The notes: a model not told the origin generated them from the sequence alone. A stretch of DNA of 62,749 bases, filler included, from Candidatus Woesearchaeota archaeon (GCA_030753365.1; 5 parts of 5 records of this genome joined end to end with filler, not necessarily neighbours in it), one strand, 5' to 3'. Counted from the first letter of the whole stretch, positions 18,739 to 30,595 are shown. Numbers and translations: made by a program.

Positions 18739-20736
18739 ATGCAGGAAACATATGTCTTATTAATAGGATTTCTAGCTTTAGCATTTGCAGGTATTAAAGC
18801 ATTCATAATCTCAAAGAAAGATCCTGGAACACCAAAGATGAAAGAGATTTCAGATTCCATCCATGAAGGTGCCATGGCTTTTCTTACTAGAGAATACAAA
18901 TATATCATTTGGTTTGTAATTTTTATTGTTATTATACTAGGATTATTCGTTGATAAGACCTGGTTGACTTCAATATGCTTCATTACAGGCGCATTATTTT
19001 CTGCATTGGCTGGAAACCTTGGAATGAGGACTGCCACAAAAGCTAATGTACGAGCTGCAAACGAAGCTAAGAAATCATTAAATAGCGCCTTAAGCACCGC
19101 ATTCTTTTCAGGAACTGTAATGGGCTTCTCAGTGGTAGGCCTTGGATTAATAGGGATTACTGCTTTATACTTATGGACAGGAAACACAAGCACAATTTTC
19201 GGGTTTGCTTTTGGAGCTTCTTCAATCGCACTGTTTGCAAGGGTTGGCGGAGGGATTTACACAAAAGCTGCAGATGTTGGAGCTGATTTGGTAGGCAAAG
19301 TTGAATCTGGCATTCCAGAAGATGATCCAAGAAATCCTGCTGTAATCGCTGATAATGTAGGCGACAATGTTGGCGACGTTGCAGGCATGGGAGCTGACTT
19401 ATTCGAGAGCTATGTTGGAAGCATTATTGCATCCATGGCGTTAGGGGCTGCATTGTTTACTATAAACACAAGAGGAGCTATCTTATTCCCGTTAATGCTA
19501 TCAGGAGTAGGCATCGTTTCAAGCATCATAGGAACATTCTTTGTCAGGGCAAAGAACGAGAAAGACTTGTCGAACGCATTGCAAAGAGGCTTATGGACTG
19601 CAAGCATATTGGTTATAATTGGCGCATGGTTCTTATCAAAATATTTGCTGCCTAGCAATGCTATAGGAGTTTTCATTGCAACAATATCTGGATTAATTGC
19701 AGGCGTAATCATAGGAAAAGTAACAGAATATTATACATCGCATGATTTCAAGCCTGTAAGAACTATTGCCAAATCTTCCCAAACAGGTGCTGCAACGCTT
19801 ATCATAGAAGGTATGGCAACTGGAATGTTTTCTACAATATTTCCTATATTGACTATTGCAGCTGCCATGTTTTCCGCATTTCATTTTGCAGGCATGTATG
19901 GGATAGCTATTGCAGCTGTTGGATTATTGTCAACATTAGGTATTTCCCTAGCTATTGATGCTTACGGCCCTGTTGCAGACAACGCAGGCGGCATTGCAGA
20001 GATGGCTGGATTAGGTAAAAAGATAAGAAAAAGAACAGACGCTTTAGATTCTGTGGGCAACACAACCGCAGCTATTGGAAAAGGGTTTGCAATAGGCTCC
20101 GCAGCCTTAACCGCATTAGCTCTTTTTGTATCATATGTAACAATTGTAAGCGCTAAACTGCCAGGCTTTAGTATTGAAATTACAAATCCTAAAGTAATGG
20201 TCGGCTTATTAATTGGAGGTGTTCTTCCATTCTTATTCAGTTCAATGACTATGAAAGCTGTAGGAAGAGCCGCCCAGGATATTATCTCAGAAGTAAGAAA
20301 GCAATTCAAAACCATTCCAGGATTGCTTAAAGGCAGGAAAGGCGCAAAGCCTGATTCAGAATCCTGTGTAGATATTGTCACAAAAAGCGCATTAAGAGAA
20401 ATGATTTTACCAGGCTTGATTGCTATAATCATTCCTATTGTAATAGGCATCATGCCAGGATTAGGCCCTGAAGCATTAGGAGGTTTATTAGCAGGATCAT
20501 TAGTTACAGGAGTTGTAATTGCTATTTTCATGGCAAACACTGGCGAAGCCTGGGACAATGCCAAGAAGTACATAGAAATGGGCAACTATGGCGGTAAAGG
20601 CTCTGATAACCATAAGGCTGCTGTTATTGGGGATACAATAGGAGATCCCTTTAAAGATACCTGTTCTCCGTCGCTAAATATTCTTATTAAGCTTATGAGC
20701 ATTGTAGCTTTGGTATTTGTGCCGCTTTTTTTATAA
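18739..20736 (+). CDS. hppA: Membrane-integral pyrophosphatase, K+-dependent type (probably Na+-translocating)
   Basis: [39 protein letters not shown] (Ala at the K+-determinant site), [11 protein letters not shown]. Confidence 0.95.
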   Translation: MQETYVLLIGFLALAFAGIKAFIISKKDPGTPKMKEISDSIHEGAMAFLTREYKYIIWFVIFIVIILGLFVDKTWLTSICFITGALFSALAGNLGMRTATKANVRAANEAKKSLNSALSTAFFSGTVMGFSVVGLGLIGITALYLWTGNTSTIFGFAFGASSIALFARVGGGIYTKAADVGADLVGKVESGIPEDDPRNPAVIADNVGDNVGDVAGMGADLFESYVGSIIASMALGAALFTINTRGAILFPLMLSGVGIVSSIIGTFFVRAKNEKDLSNALQRGLWTASILVIIGAWFLSKYLLPSNAIGVFIATISGLIAGVIIGKVTEYYTSHDFKPVRTIAKSSQTGAATLIIEGMATGMFSTIFPILTIAAAMFSAFHFAGMYGIAIAAVGLLSTLGISLAIDAYGPVADNAGGIAEMAGLGKKIRKRTDALDSVGNTTAAIGKGFAIGSAALTALALFVSYVTIVSAKLPGFSIEITNPKVMVGLLIGGVLPFLFSSMTMKAVGRAAQDIISEVRKQFKTIPGLLKGRKGAKPDSESCVDIVTKSALREMILPGLIAIIIPIVIGIMPGLGPEALGGLLAGSLVTGVVIAIFMANTGEAWDNAKKYIEMGNYGGKGSDNHKAAVIGDTIGDPFKDTCSPSLNILIKLMSIVALVFVPLFL

Positions 20737-20910
20737 TTTCCACTTTATTTATAATAAGCCCGATCGTATCTTTATTAGAAAGATTTATAAATTCTTTTTC
20801 TCTAAAATTTCTAATCACAGTCTGGTTTATTCAAGCAATTAAATTGTAATTTTTGTTTAAAACTAAAAATCACTTAATAATCCTAAGGTAAGAGAATTTG
20901 GTGATTAGAA

Positions 20911-22052
20911 ATGAAAAAAGGATTAAAGTTTACAAAAGAACAATTGGAAGATTTATATCATAATAAAAAGTTATCATTAAGTAGTATTGGTAAGAAATTC
21001 AATTGCGAAGAGACTAATATTTTATATTGGATGAAAAAGTTTAATATAAAAAGAAGGTCAGTTTATTATAGAGCTATCAGAATTCCTAAAGAAGTTCTTG
21101 AAGATCTTTATATAAAAAAAAATATTCTTCCCTTAAGATAGCTAAGAAGTTAGATCTTGATGACAGGTTGATTAGAAGAAAGCTAAAAAAACTTGGGATT
21201 AAAACAAGATCTTTATCTGAAGCTAATACAAAAAAGTTTAAAGCTAATTTCATAGGAGATCCAGCAGAAAGGGCATATTTCACTGGCCTAAGAGCAGGCG
21301 ATTTCTATGTTAAATGGTCACATAAATCTATAAGAGTCCAAACAACAACACACACAGCCCAAGTTGAATTGCTCAGAAAAGCCTTTGAGAATTATGGAGA
21401 AACTAAAACATATTTATCAAAGAATAAAGCAAGAGCTGATGAATGGTTCATTTATACTGATTTGAATAAAAAATCCCAATCGCAGCAAGCTGCGGGGTAT
21501 TTTTAGTATTTAGTTTGCGTATTAAGCCGATGCAAGCATCGGGGTATAAAACCCAAACTAAATAATCAATCTTTCCAGTTTCTTTTAAAGAAACCAGACG
21601 AAATTCCATCTTGGATTTTAGAAAATCATGATTATTTTTATCAGTTCTTAGCTGCTTATATGGATTGTGAAGGTAATTGGCATTTTACAAAAAGTCATAA
21701 AATACATTCAAGGTTCACTTTTAGATTAAGAACAGGAGATAAACTGATTCTTGAGAACATAAAGAAAAAGCTATAATTTTTAGGTTGTAAAATAGTTTTT
21801 TCTTTAGATACGAAAAAAGGATCTATGGGCCCTAGTGCTCCTTTTAGGATTGATATATATAACCTCACAATTAATAGAAAACAAGACATAATCAGACTAA
21901 TCAAACATCTCCTCCCTCTAAGCAAACATAGCGAAAAGATAAGAAAGATGAATTTCATCTTAGAGAATAAAGGTAAGAAGTGGCATGAGATATCAGAAGG
22001 CTGGAATAAGATAAGAAAAGAGATTAAAGGAGAACTTCTTAAAAATTCTTAA
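20911..22052 (+). pseudogene. Disrupted LAGLIDADG homing-endonuclease-like gene with N-terminal HTH repeats
   Basis: Motifs AYFTGLRAGDF and FLAAYMDCEG; frameshift in A9 (21114-21122), 99-bp insertion (21468-21566), TAA at 21774. Confidence 0.85.
21465..21566. mobile_element. 102-bp double-hairpin non-autonomous element, copy 2, inserted in the LAGLIDADG gene
   Basis: Identical to 6843-6944; removing 99 bp restores the frame DLN|QSF. Confidence 0.85.
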
Positions 22053-22055
22053 TCT

Positions 22056-22976
22056 TTAATTTTTATAGATTTTTGACAAATATTTCTGCATTGCTTCATA
22101 AATCTCTTTAGGCTGTGTAAGTATCATCTGATGATTCCCTGAAGGAATTATAGTAACTTCTGAATTAGGTATTATTTCAGCCATTGTATATGAGGCTTCA
22201 GGCAATACTAACTTATCTTTCTTTCCAGTTATAAAATAACAAGGGATGTTTATTTTTTCTAGAACACCTTTTAAATTCCATCGTCTTACTTTACGACTTG
22301 CTTTTGTAACCATAGTATGCGTCCGCCTATCTATATTAGAGACACTTGCTAACATTTCTCTTTTAATTCTTGACTTATCCAGTTTAGAGAAATCGGTATA
22401 TGTGCTTAACTTTCTAGTATGATTTGAAATGAATAGAGGCCATAAAGAGTAAATTACCTCGCCTATTATATAATCTGATATTCCTGTTTTTTCTAAGAAC
22501 CTATAGATTGGCTTAGTTGTTTCAAGAAAGTTATAGCTCGAACTTATGAGGATTAATGCATCAAATCTTTTTTGGAACATATCTGCGCATTTAAGAGCAA
22601 TTTTACCTCCTGCGCTTACACCTATCAATGTTGCCTTTTTAATTTTCTCTTTTTCCATTATCAGCTTTACATCAAGCGCAAAATCTTCTAGTTCAAGACT
22701 TGATTCATGTAGTTCAGTTAATTTCTGAGATTTTCCTTCTCCTCTTAAGTCTGGTGCAATTACTGAATAATCTCTCTGAAGAAACGGAATATAATCATTG
22801 AATATTGTATGATTTACTCCGAAGGCGCCCTGTAATAGGATTAAGGTTGGAGCTTCTTTGGGGTCTAAGCCATACTTAAAGTATGTTATTCTTACGTTAT
22901 CATGTGATTTTATTGATTTTTCTTCCATCTTAGTGCAAACAAGGTCTGTGCCCTTAAATCTTGGAATAAATGGCAC
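22056..22976 (-). CDS. Alpha/beta hydrolase
   Basis: DLRGEG.S, GVSAGG nucleophile elbow, G..D.LV, C-terminal His. Confidence 0.88.
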   Translation of the reverse strand: MPFIPRFKGTDLVCTKMEEKSIKSHDNVRITYFKYGLDPKEAPTLILLQGAFGVNHTIFNDYIPFLQRDYSVIAPDLRGEGKSQKLTELHESSLELEDFALDVKLIMEKEKIKKATLIGVSAGGKIALKCADMFQKRFDALILISSSYNFLETTKPIYRFLEKTGISDYIIGEVIYSLWPLFISNHTRKLSTYTDFSKLDKSRIKREMLASVSNIDRRTHTMVTKASRKVRRWNLKGVLEKINIPCYFITGKKDKLVLPEASYTMAEIIPNSEVTIIPSGNHQMILTQPKEIYEAMQKYLSKIYKN

Positions 22977-23128
22977 TTTACAATAATTCCTTTCATTGTT
23001 TCCATATATGAAATCTATTTACCAATAAAAGAATAAACATTCAATAAACAATATCTTAATTCTATTTAACAAATATTGATTCCATAAATAGAAACATTTA
23101 TAAGAGAGAATCTCCAAAATAATCAGTA

Positions 23129-23398
23129 ATGAGCTCGTTTAACCCATTCGAAGGGTTGATAGACCCTAAAATAAACGCTATTTTACTTGCTTTCTTTAGA
23201 AATAAGAACGAATTATTTCATCTTAAGAAGCTTTCCAGGCTCTCAAAGGTTCCCATGAGTTCTACTTTCAGGATTACTAAAAAACTTGTTTCATTAAACA
23301 TAATCAAAGTTCTAAACATCCACAAGTTCAAGCTTTATCAACTTGAAGAAAATGAAAAAACAAAAGCATTAGAGGCATTGCTACATGAAAATAAATAA
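23129..23398 (+). CDS. Small wHTH transcriptional regulator
   Basis: LSRLSKVPMSSTFRITKKLV; overlaps the downstream gene. Confidence 0.7.
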   Translation: MSSFNPFEGLIDPKINAILLAFFRNKNELFHLKKLSRLSKVPMSSTFRITKKLVSLNIIKVLNIHKFKLYQLEENEKTKALEALLHENK

Positions 23399-26300
23399 AG
23401 CAATACTAGGAATTTGTATTTTGCTTTTATTCTCAGCTGTAGCTTTAGCTTCAGTTTCTTCTGAAAATGATATCAGCTTAGAGTATAAGCTGGATTCAGG
23501 CACAAGGAGAAACACTATTAACGAGTCTAACACTCAGTTAACATATAATTTAAGGTCAGGCACACAGCCTCAGGTTTTGACAGAGGATTCTATACGGCTT
23601 GACATAACTCCCACAAACACGCCTCCAAAAATAATAGACACAAATAACTTTCTCAACTTCAAGACTCTCACAACCGAAGTTGTTTGGGCAGCTTTATCGC
23701 TTGTGTTTAACAACAGCTTTGGAACCATTGACTTTGAAGAAACCATTGATATCAGCAGAAGAAGTACTGTTAATCTTGATACGTTTGTTGATATCTCAAG
23801 CAATTATATATCCATTAACGGAACTGCTTTGAGCGAGTTCAACAAAACCACAATCATAAGCATAAGAGACCTTTCCTTCTCTAATGTGAGAGTTATGAAG
23901 AATGGCGAAGATTGCTTAGGATGCACATTATTGTCTTATTCAGGCGGAAACATGCAATTCCAGATTGATGATCTGCCAGGCTTTGCTATATACCAGGCTT
24001 CTGACGGCAGTGTTAACCCAGCTATCAGAATTGCCACTAATGCTATTGTCTCCAGCGCTTCACTGAATATCACTGGAGCTACTTATAATGGTATATATCC
24101 TTCAAATGTTACTATTGACATTGGCAATGATGGCACACCAGAGTTCAGCCCGGCCGGAGAGCTTAACACTTCTACTTCGATTAACGATTTTACAAATGTA
24201 TTAAACAGCATACTGCCAGATTGTACTTGCCCAAGCTGCACTTTATCCAACAGCTACCTTACATGCACTATTTCATTGGATATTACATCTGATACAGCTG
24301 GAGTGATTGAATTATCCAACCTTAACATAAGCCAAAACATCAACAATGTCAGCTGGGATGAAGATAATAATTATACCATTATAGACCTTGATGATTATTT
24401 CTATGACGCTGACATGGATAATCTTACTTATTCGTATACAGAAACCGATAATATCTCCGTCTCTATTACTAATGGTATAGTTAGTCTAGCGCCTGCTTTA
24501 AACTTCTTTGGCACAAGAACTATTGTATTTAATGCCACTGATGGCACTAACACTACTCTTAGCAACAATGTCACTCTTACAATCAATTCTGTCAATGATG
24601 CTCCTATATTGACAACTATACCTAATCAATCATGGCTCAAGAACACCAACAACACAGGTGCTTTTGACCTTGATGATTATTTCTCTGATGTAGAAACTGC
24701 CAGCCTTACGTACAATGTTTATAAGATTAATAACACTGGAAATGTAACAATCAGTATAGCCAGCAATAACACTGTATCTTTCTATCCTGCAGTTAACTGG
24801 GCTGGAACAGAAGTCGCCTATTTCACTGCATCTGACGGAATACTAAATACAAGTTCTAATAATATTACACTTTCTGTATCAGTATACGTTCCACCAAGCG
24901 CTGGCGGTGGTGAAGACGCAGCTGCAGATGGAGAAGGTGCAGAAGGAGGAGCAGGACCTGCTAAAAAGCCAAAAGAAATCATATCAAACTTCACTATAAC
25001 CATTGATTTAATAAAAATCTCATTGGTCCAAGGCAAGACAAAGACCACAGCATTCAAGATAACCAATACGGGAGATACAACGCAAAGAATAAAGATAGAG
25101 CCTCATGAGTTCCCTCTTGCATTATTTTTAGATGAAACTGAATTCAGTCTTGCTCCTGGAGAAAGCAAGACTATTACTCTGGATATAAGCGCAATGAAAG
25201 AGTTGCCTCCTGAGATTTATACTGGAAAAATCTACATTAAGAGCAAATCTATCACAAAAGTAGTAAGGCTAATTATAGAAGTTGAGCCAAGGGTTGCCTT
25301 GTTTGATATAATAGTAAGACTTCCAAGAGCCAGCAAGAGAGGCATATTAAAGGGAGAAGAAGTACAGGCAGATATTTCCATGTTTAACATGGGCGATTTA
25401 AAACCAGTAGATGTTGAACTAGAATATAGTATAAAGGATATAGAAGGCAATGTGATTACTGGCAGGACAGAAACACTTGCTGTTGAAACTGAGAATGGTA
25501 TTACAAGAGGATTATTGGTTCCCGATAATGTTGATTTTGGAGATTATTTGTTCTATGCCAAGATAACCTATGGCAAAGAGAAAGCTGTGGCAAGCGAATT
25601 GTTTGAGATTGTAAAAGAAAGGCCTAGCCTGATAAGATATTACTTCCCATATATTTTAGGGATAGGAATAACATTATTCATATTAGGCATTGTTATGTTT
25701 ATTCTGCCTTTAAGAATCTGGAAGACTCCAAAATCAAGAGAAGGCCAACTTAAACTGCTGTTTAAACAAAAACTGCTGCTTGAGAAAGAAAAACAGAAAG
25801 AGCTGAGATTAGAGCTTCAGAAAAAAGAGCTTGTTGAGAAACTAAAGCGAGAGAGAATAAAGGAACAGGAAAAGTTAGTTAGGGAAAAGATAAGGTTCAA
25901 GAATCTCGAGTTCGGAAGAAAATCAAGAGAGAACAGGGAAAGGAAACTACAAATGCGCGAATTTTTGCGTATATTGGGAATATACAAGACAAAAGCAGAT
26001 AAAAAAGAAGATGAAAGAAAAGAAAGAAAGAATAAGGAATTGGAAGCCATAGAGAAAAAGAATAGAGAATTAACATTTAAGAAAGAAAGGAAAACGCAGA
26101 ATATAATCACTAAAAGAACAAGAACAAGAAGACTGCATGAATTTCTGCATACATTTGGATTGCATAGGACAGAAAAAGAAAGGAAAGCGCAGAATATAAC
26201 CACCAAAAGAACAAGAACAAGAAGACTGCATGAATTCCTGCATACATTTGGATTGTATAAAACTAAAGAAGAAAGGAGAAGGAAAGAAAGAGAAAAAGAA

Positions 26301-26620
26301 GAAGAGGAAAAGAAGGGAAGAGAAAAGAGAAAAGAAAAAGAAAGAATTATACAATTTAGAAGGGAGGAAGAAGAAAGGAAGAGAAAAGAAAAAGAAAGAA
26401 TTATGCAAATTAGAAGGGTGGAAGGAGCAAGGAAGGGAAGAGAAGAGAGAAAAGAAGAAGAAAGAATTATACAGATTAGAAGGGAGGAAGAGGAAAGGAA
26501 GAGAAAAGAAAGAAAGAATAAGGAATTGGAAGCCATAGAGAAAAAGAATAGAGAATTAACATTTAAGAAAGAAAGGAAAACGCAGAATATAATCACTAAA
26601 AGAACAAGAACAAGAAGACT
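23385..26620 (+). CDS. Large surface protein: Ig/cadherin-like ectodomain, TM helix, long charged repetitive cytoplasmic tail (3' truncated at the gap)
   Basis: Signal peptide; IDLDDYF and VNDAP repeats; one TM segment; Lys/Arg/Glu-rich tail with DNA repeats. Confidence 0.8.
26016..26620. repeat. Intragenic repeats: 119-bp exact duplication (26016-26134 = 26502-26620) plus ~90-bp and ~60-bp units
   Basis: Direct comparison of the copies; the contig ends inside the repeat. Confidence 0.85.
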
Positions 26621-26720
26621 NNNNNNNNNNNNNNNNNNNNNNNNNNNNNNNNNNNNNNNNNNNNTTAATTAATTAANNNNNNNNNNNNNNNNNNNNNNNN
26701 NNNNNNNNNNNNNNNNNNNN
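26621..26720. other. Artificial contig linker (N44-TTAATTAATTAA-N44); also at 38878-38977, 51060-51159 and 57999-58098
   Basis: Identical 100-bp layout four times; stop codons in all six frames. Confidence 0.97.
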
Positions 26721-26725
26721 AAATG

Positions 26726-27674
26726 TGCTATCACGTTTTTACTTCGCATAGTATTCTTCACTTTTGGTGAAGAATCATGTATAAACTAACTTACGCTAAG
26801 AGAATTTGGATAGTAAAGCAACATATGAATGGGATTCCTACTTGTAGGATAGCCTTGAGCCAGTCTATAACTGTTAGAACAGTTCAAAGTTTAGTTAAGG
26901 CTTACAATAAACAAGGTTGGGATGCTCTAAAAGACCACAAAACTGGTCGTCCAGAAACTCAGCTAAACAAGAGTGCTGAGATAATCATTCTCGATTTAAG
27001 AAAACGCTTTGCATACGGTGCTTGCCGTATTGAGCAATTGCTCAAGAAAAAAGGTTTCTCTATTTCCCATAGGCAAATAGAGAAGCTTTTCTTAAGGAAC
27101 GGCCTAGTTGAGCCAAACATAAAGAAACAAAGACCTCGAAAGTGGGTAAGATATGAATTACTTATGCCAAACGATATGAGCCATACTGACTGGACATATG
27201 ACCCTTTCACACAAAAACAACTAAGCGTCTATATAGATGACAGAACTAGGTTGATAACTAGCTTTGGTTTGTTTAAGAGAGCTACTGCAAACAACAGTAT
27301 TGCTCTCCTTAAGGAGAGCATAGCAAATTATGGAAAACCTAAGTGTGTAATGACTGATCATGGAAGTCAGTATTATGCTAATCGTAAAGACACAAAGCAA
27401 GAGAATACACAATTTAGAATAGTACTAGATGTTTTAGGCATAAAACATTATTTGGCTAGAGTAAATAGACCTCAAACGAATGGAAAAGTAGAGAGATTCT
27501 TTCTTACTTATAAAACAGAATATGCAACTGGGACATTCAGTTGCATAAAGGACTTTATGAAACACTACAATGAGGCTAGACCTCATATGAGTCTTTTATA
27601 TAAAACGCCTAAAGAAGTGTGGAAAGAGCTTATAACGAAGTAGTTTCGTGATGCGAAGCAGTTTCGGGATAACA
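26726..27674 (+). mobile_element. IS481-family insertion sequence
   Basis: Imperfect terminal IRs TGCTATCACGTTTTTACTTCGCAT / TGTTATCCCGAAACTGCTTCGCAT (17/24); single transposase ORF. Confidence 0.85.
26777..27643 (+). CDS. IS481-family DDE transposase
   Basis: N-terminal HTH; HTDWT, TDHGSQY, PQTNGKVERF, YN..RPH motifs. Confidence 0.93.
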   Translation: MYKLTYAKRIWIVKQHMNGIPTCRIALSQSITVRTVQSLVKAYNKQGWDALKDHKTGRPETQLNKSAEIIILDLRKRFAYGACRIEQLLKKKGFSISHRQIEKLFLRNGLVEPNIKKQRPRKWVRYELLMPNDMSHTDWTYDPFTQKQLSVYIDDRTRLITSFGLFKRATANNSIALLKESIANYGKPKCVMTDHGSQYYANRKDTKQENTQFRIVLDVLGIKHYLARVNRPQTNGKVERFFLTYKTEYATGTFSCIKDFMKHYNEARPHMSLLYKTPKEVWKELITK

Positions 27675-27690
27675 GAAATTCACAATAAAA

Positions 27691-28230
27691 ATGAATTCTT
27701 CACAAGTTAGACAGCCAGAGACTGAATTAGAACAAAGGTTAGTTAGTACAGATGCAATATTGTCTGGTGAAACTATAGAATTATCTGAAGAGGAAAAAGG
27801 AACATTAAGTTGTTATTATGTTATTGAATTTAATTATATAGTTACTAGGCCATTAGTTGCAAAATCAAGAAAACCAAGTGACGTATTTCTGATAATAGGA
27901 AATGACGGTGATAGGTCCAGAATTCCAATTAATCTTAAAGTAAAATATGAAAGATATTTCTCGAGAGCAACACAATCCAATGTAACAGATCGTATTATAG
28001 CAGCATATGGTGATGGCCTAAAAGCAATAGTATTTAAGGAAATAAAACCAGAAATTAACCAATTTGATGTTCCTATTAGGTTAGCAAATAAAAGAAGTTA
28101 TGATACAAAAGGAGAACCACGAACAATTTCAGGAGTATTAAGGTCATTCTCTCCATCTTGGACGAGACTAAATATATGTACTGGAACAGCTACTGCCAAT
28201 GTATCAGGACATGCATTTTATAGAAAGTAA
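27691..28230 (+). CDS. Hypothetical protein
   Basis: 179-aa ORF; no motif recognised. Confidence 0.5.
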   Translation: MNSSQVRQPETELEQRLVSTDAILSGETIELSEEEKGTLSCYYVIEFNYIVTRPLVAKSRKPSDVFLIIGNDGDRSRIPINLKVKYERYFSRATQSNVTDRIIAAYGDGLKAIVFKEIKPEINQFDVPIRLANKRSYDTKGEPRTISGVLRSFSPSWTRLNICTGTATANVSGHAFYRK

Positions 28231-28334
28231 CATTATTTCCTTTTAAGCTTGCAACCTTTTTAGTAATTGAAAGACTTTTCTCTATTGAATATTTAAGATA
28301 ATTTTTATATACTCTACTTATTATCTGTTTAATT

Positions 28335-30137
28335 ATGGCATTAGGCATTAAATCATTATCAAACAACAAAAAGACAGCTTTACTAATCCTCACCCTCCTC
28401 TCCTTACTCTTCCTATTCCCTATCTTCACTACTTTCACCAACTGGGGCGTGCATGACTGGGACCAACACATGTTCTACAACGAAGTTCCAAGAAGAACAA
28501 TACTTGAGTTTAAACAATTCCCTTTATGGAACCCCTACTATTGTGGGGGAAATGTAATGTTGGCAAACCCTCAGTCAGCCTTCCTATCTCCCATATACAT
28601 CTTTGTACTCTTATTTGGGGCATCAATAGGATTAAAGCTGGAAATCATTGCTCATTTCATAATCGGTTTATACGGAATGTATCTTCTCTCTAAACATTTC
28701 AAGTTAGGAAAAATCTCATCCTATCTTCCCTCTATCATATACATCTTCAGCTCATGGTTCACACTCAGAATGTTAGCAGGCCACACAATCTATATGCCCA
28801 TGGCCTTCATTCCATATGTATTCCTATTCTACCTAAAAAGCTTAAAAAATGTAAAGTATAGCTTCATCTCAGCCATATTCCTGGCCATAATGATATTAGG
28901 CGGAGCCACATATCCCATCTACTTCATAATGATAATCCTTGGCATATATTCTGTGTTAATATTATTCAAAAACCTCTCCAAAAACGAAGAATGGAAAAAA
29001 TCATTCAAACCCATAATAAGTCTATTAATCATAATCTTCTTAGTCTTCTTACTAAGTGCCATAAAAGTCTTCCCAATCTACATGTTCATGAAAGGCTCTG
29101 ACACAGGCACTGAAGATATCCAATACTATACAACAAACTTATTCTTCAGCTCTATACTAAGCAGAACACAATCTCCCTGGATAATGGAAAATGAGTTCGG
29201 CCTTCAGCATGATGAATCAGACGAAAACTATCTCATAAACAGATTACTGGGAAAAATCCCCTGGGCCTGGCACGAATACGGCGCTTATATTGGCATAATC
29301 CCTCTACTATTATTTTTGTTAAGCTTCTTATACTACAAAAAGCTCTGGCCATTGCAAGTTACATCTATAATATTATTAATGATTCTCTTTGGCAAAACTC
29401 TGCCTTTCTGGAACCTTTTAAGGAAATTTCCTTACCTTGACAATCTTCACGGCCCTTCAAGATTCATCATGCCCTTTATATTCATACTAGCCATCCTCTC
29501 AGGTTACATCCTCTCAAAGTTTGAAAAAAAGAACATCAAATACAAAAAGTTCAATATTTCAAAACTACTATCTTTACTAATAATTGTTTTCATCTTCATA
29601 GACCTTCTGCTTGTAAGCTATCCAATCCTCCAAAACATGTTCTCCAAAGAATCAATCAACATAGACTCATCTCAATACCCTAACTTCATCCAAATCTTCT
29701 CTTCAGACAAATATGTCTCCCAATACCCTAACTTTCTACAGAATTTAGGAACAGTCAACTGCTATGAAAGAATCCATCCTCAAATCAGAGTAACTCCTCA
29801 GGTAATAGATGATGGCACTTTAATAGAAACATTCAAAGGCGATGCATACTATCCTGAACTCAACAAAACCGCAGAAATAATTTCATTTTCACCAAACAAG
29901 CTAACCATCAAAGTTAATGTTAATAACCCCGCTCTGTTAGTCATCAACCAGAACTACCTTCCAGGCTGGAAAGCAAAAGACAAACAGGTATCATCCTACA
30001 ATGGCTTAATCGCAGCAGAAGTCACAGAAAATGATAAAGAAATCAATTTCTACTATCTTCCGAATAGTTTTATTGTTGGTTTAATAGTCAGCATTCTAAC
30101 CCTTGTATTAAGCATAACATTTTTTAAGAAGCTATGA
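28335..30137 (+). CDS. YfhO-like/GT-C membrane glycosyltransferase
   Basis: PLWNPY..GG...ANPQ; many TM helices; C-terminal QNY.PGW motif. Confidence 0.8.
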   Translation: MALGIKSLSNNKKTALLILTLLSLLFLFPIFTTFTNWGVHDWDQHMFYNEVPRRTILEFKQFPLWNPYYCGGNVMLANPQSAFLSPIYIFVLLFGASIGLKLEIIAHFIIGLYGMYLLSKHFKLGKISSYLPSIIYIFSSWFTLRMLAGHTIYMPMAFIPYVFLFYLKSLKNVKYSFISAIFLAIMILGGATYPIYFIMIILGIYSVLILFKNLSKNEEWKKSFKPIISLLIIIFLVFLLSAIKVFPIYMFMKGSDTGTEDIQYYTTNLFFSSILSRTQSPWIMENEFGLQHDESDENYLINRLLGKIPWAWHEYGAYIGIIPLLLFLLSFLYYKKLWPLQVTSIILLMILFGKTLPFWNLLRKFPYLDNLHGPSRFIMPFIFILAILSGYILSKFEKKNIKYKKFNISKLLSLLIIVFIFIDLLLVSYPILQNMFSKESINIDSSQYPNFIQIFSSDKYVSQYPNFLQNLGTVNCYERIHPQIRVTPQVIDDGTLIETFKGDAYYPELNKTAEIISFSPNKLTIKVNVNNPALLVINQNYLPGWKAKDKQVSSYNGLIAAEVTENDKEINFYYLPNSFIVGLIVSILTLVLSITFFKKL

Positions 30138-30161
30138 TTCCCACTTTATTGAGGTGATAAA

Positions 30162-30569
30162 ATGACTGACTGTATCTTTTGCAAAATAATCAAAGGAGAA
30201 ATCCCTTGTTCCAAAATATACGAAGATGACAAGGCATTTGCATTCTTAGACATAGCCCCAGTCAACAAAGGCCATGCATTGGTAATACCCAAAGAACATC
30301 ATGAAACCTTTGAAGACCTTCCAGATGATTTACTGGAATACCTAACAAAACTCGTAAGAAAAGTATCAAAATCAGTAAAACAGGGTGTTAATGCAGACGG
30401 CTATAACATCGGTATGAACATCGGCAAAGCAGCAGGCCAACTAGTATTCCATGCGCACTGGCACATAATCCCAAGATTTAATGATGATGGCTTAAAAACC
30501 TGGCCCCAAAAGGAATATAAAGAAGGGGAGATGGACAAATTCAAAGAACAAATCGTTAAGTTTTTATAA
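30162..30569 (+). CDS. hit: HIT family hydrolase
   Basis: CIFCKII, GHALVIPK, HAHWHIIPR. Confidence 0.95.
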   Translation: MTDCIFCKIIKGEIPCSKIYEDDKAFAFLDIAPVNKGHALVIPKEHHETFEDLPDDLLEYLTKLVRKVSKSVKQGVNADGYNIGMNIGKAAGQLVFHAHWHIIPRFNDDGLKTWPQKEYKEGEMDKFKEQIVKFL

Positions 30570-30595
30570 CGTTTAAGCATATCATATACTATTTT

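Noticed and set aside
11932..21776. In-frame stops (TGA 11932, TAA 21774) as evidence of genetic-code reassignment
   Set aside because: Both genes also carry frameshifts, and all three stop codons terminate intact genes in this window
22995..23100. Weak TTCCATA..T.GAAA palindromes upstream of the wHTH gene
   Set aside because: Too degenerate in AT-rich DNA to support
25817..26596. 259-aa Phe/Leu/Ser-rich minus-strand ORF
   Set aside because: Antisense shadow of the purine-rich repeat tail
26016..26620. Possible CRISPR array or DGR template/variable repeat pair
   Set aside because: The repeats are in-frame coding duplications with no unique spacers and no adenine-specific mismatches; no cas or reverse transcriptase gene is in the window
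26665..26676. TTAATTAATTAA palindrome recurring four times within N runs
   Set aside because: Artificial six-frame-stop linker; it is not biological, and gene order across it cannot be trusted
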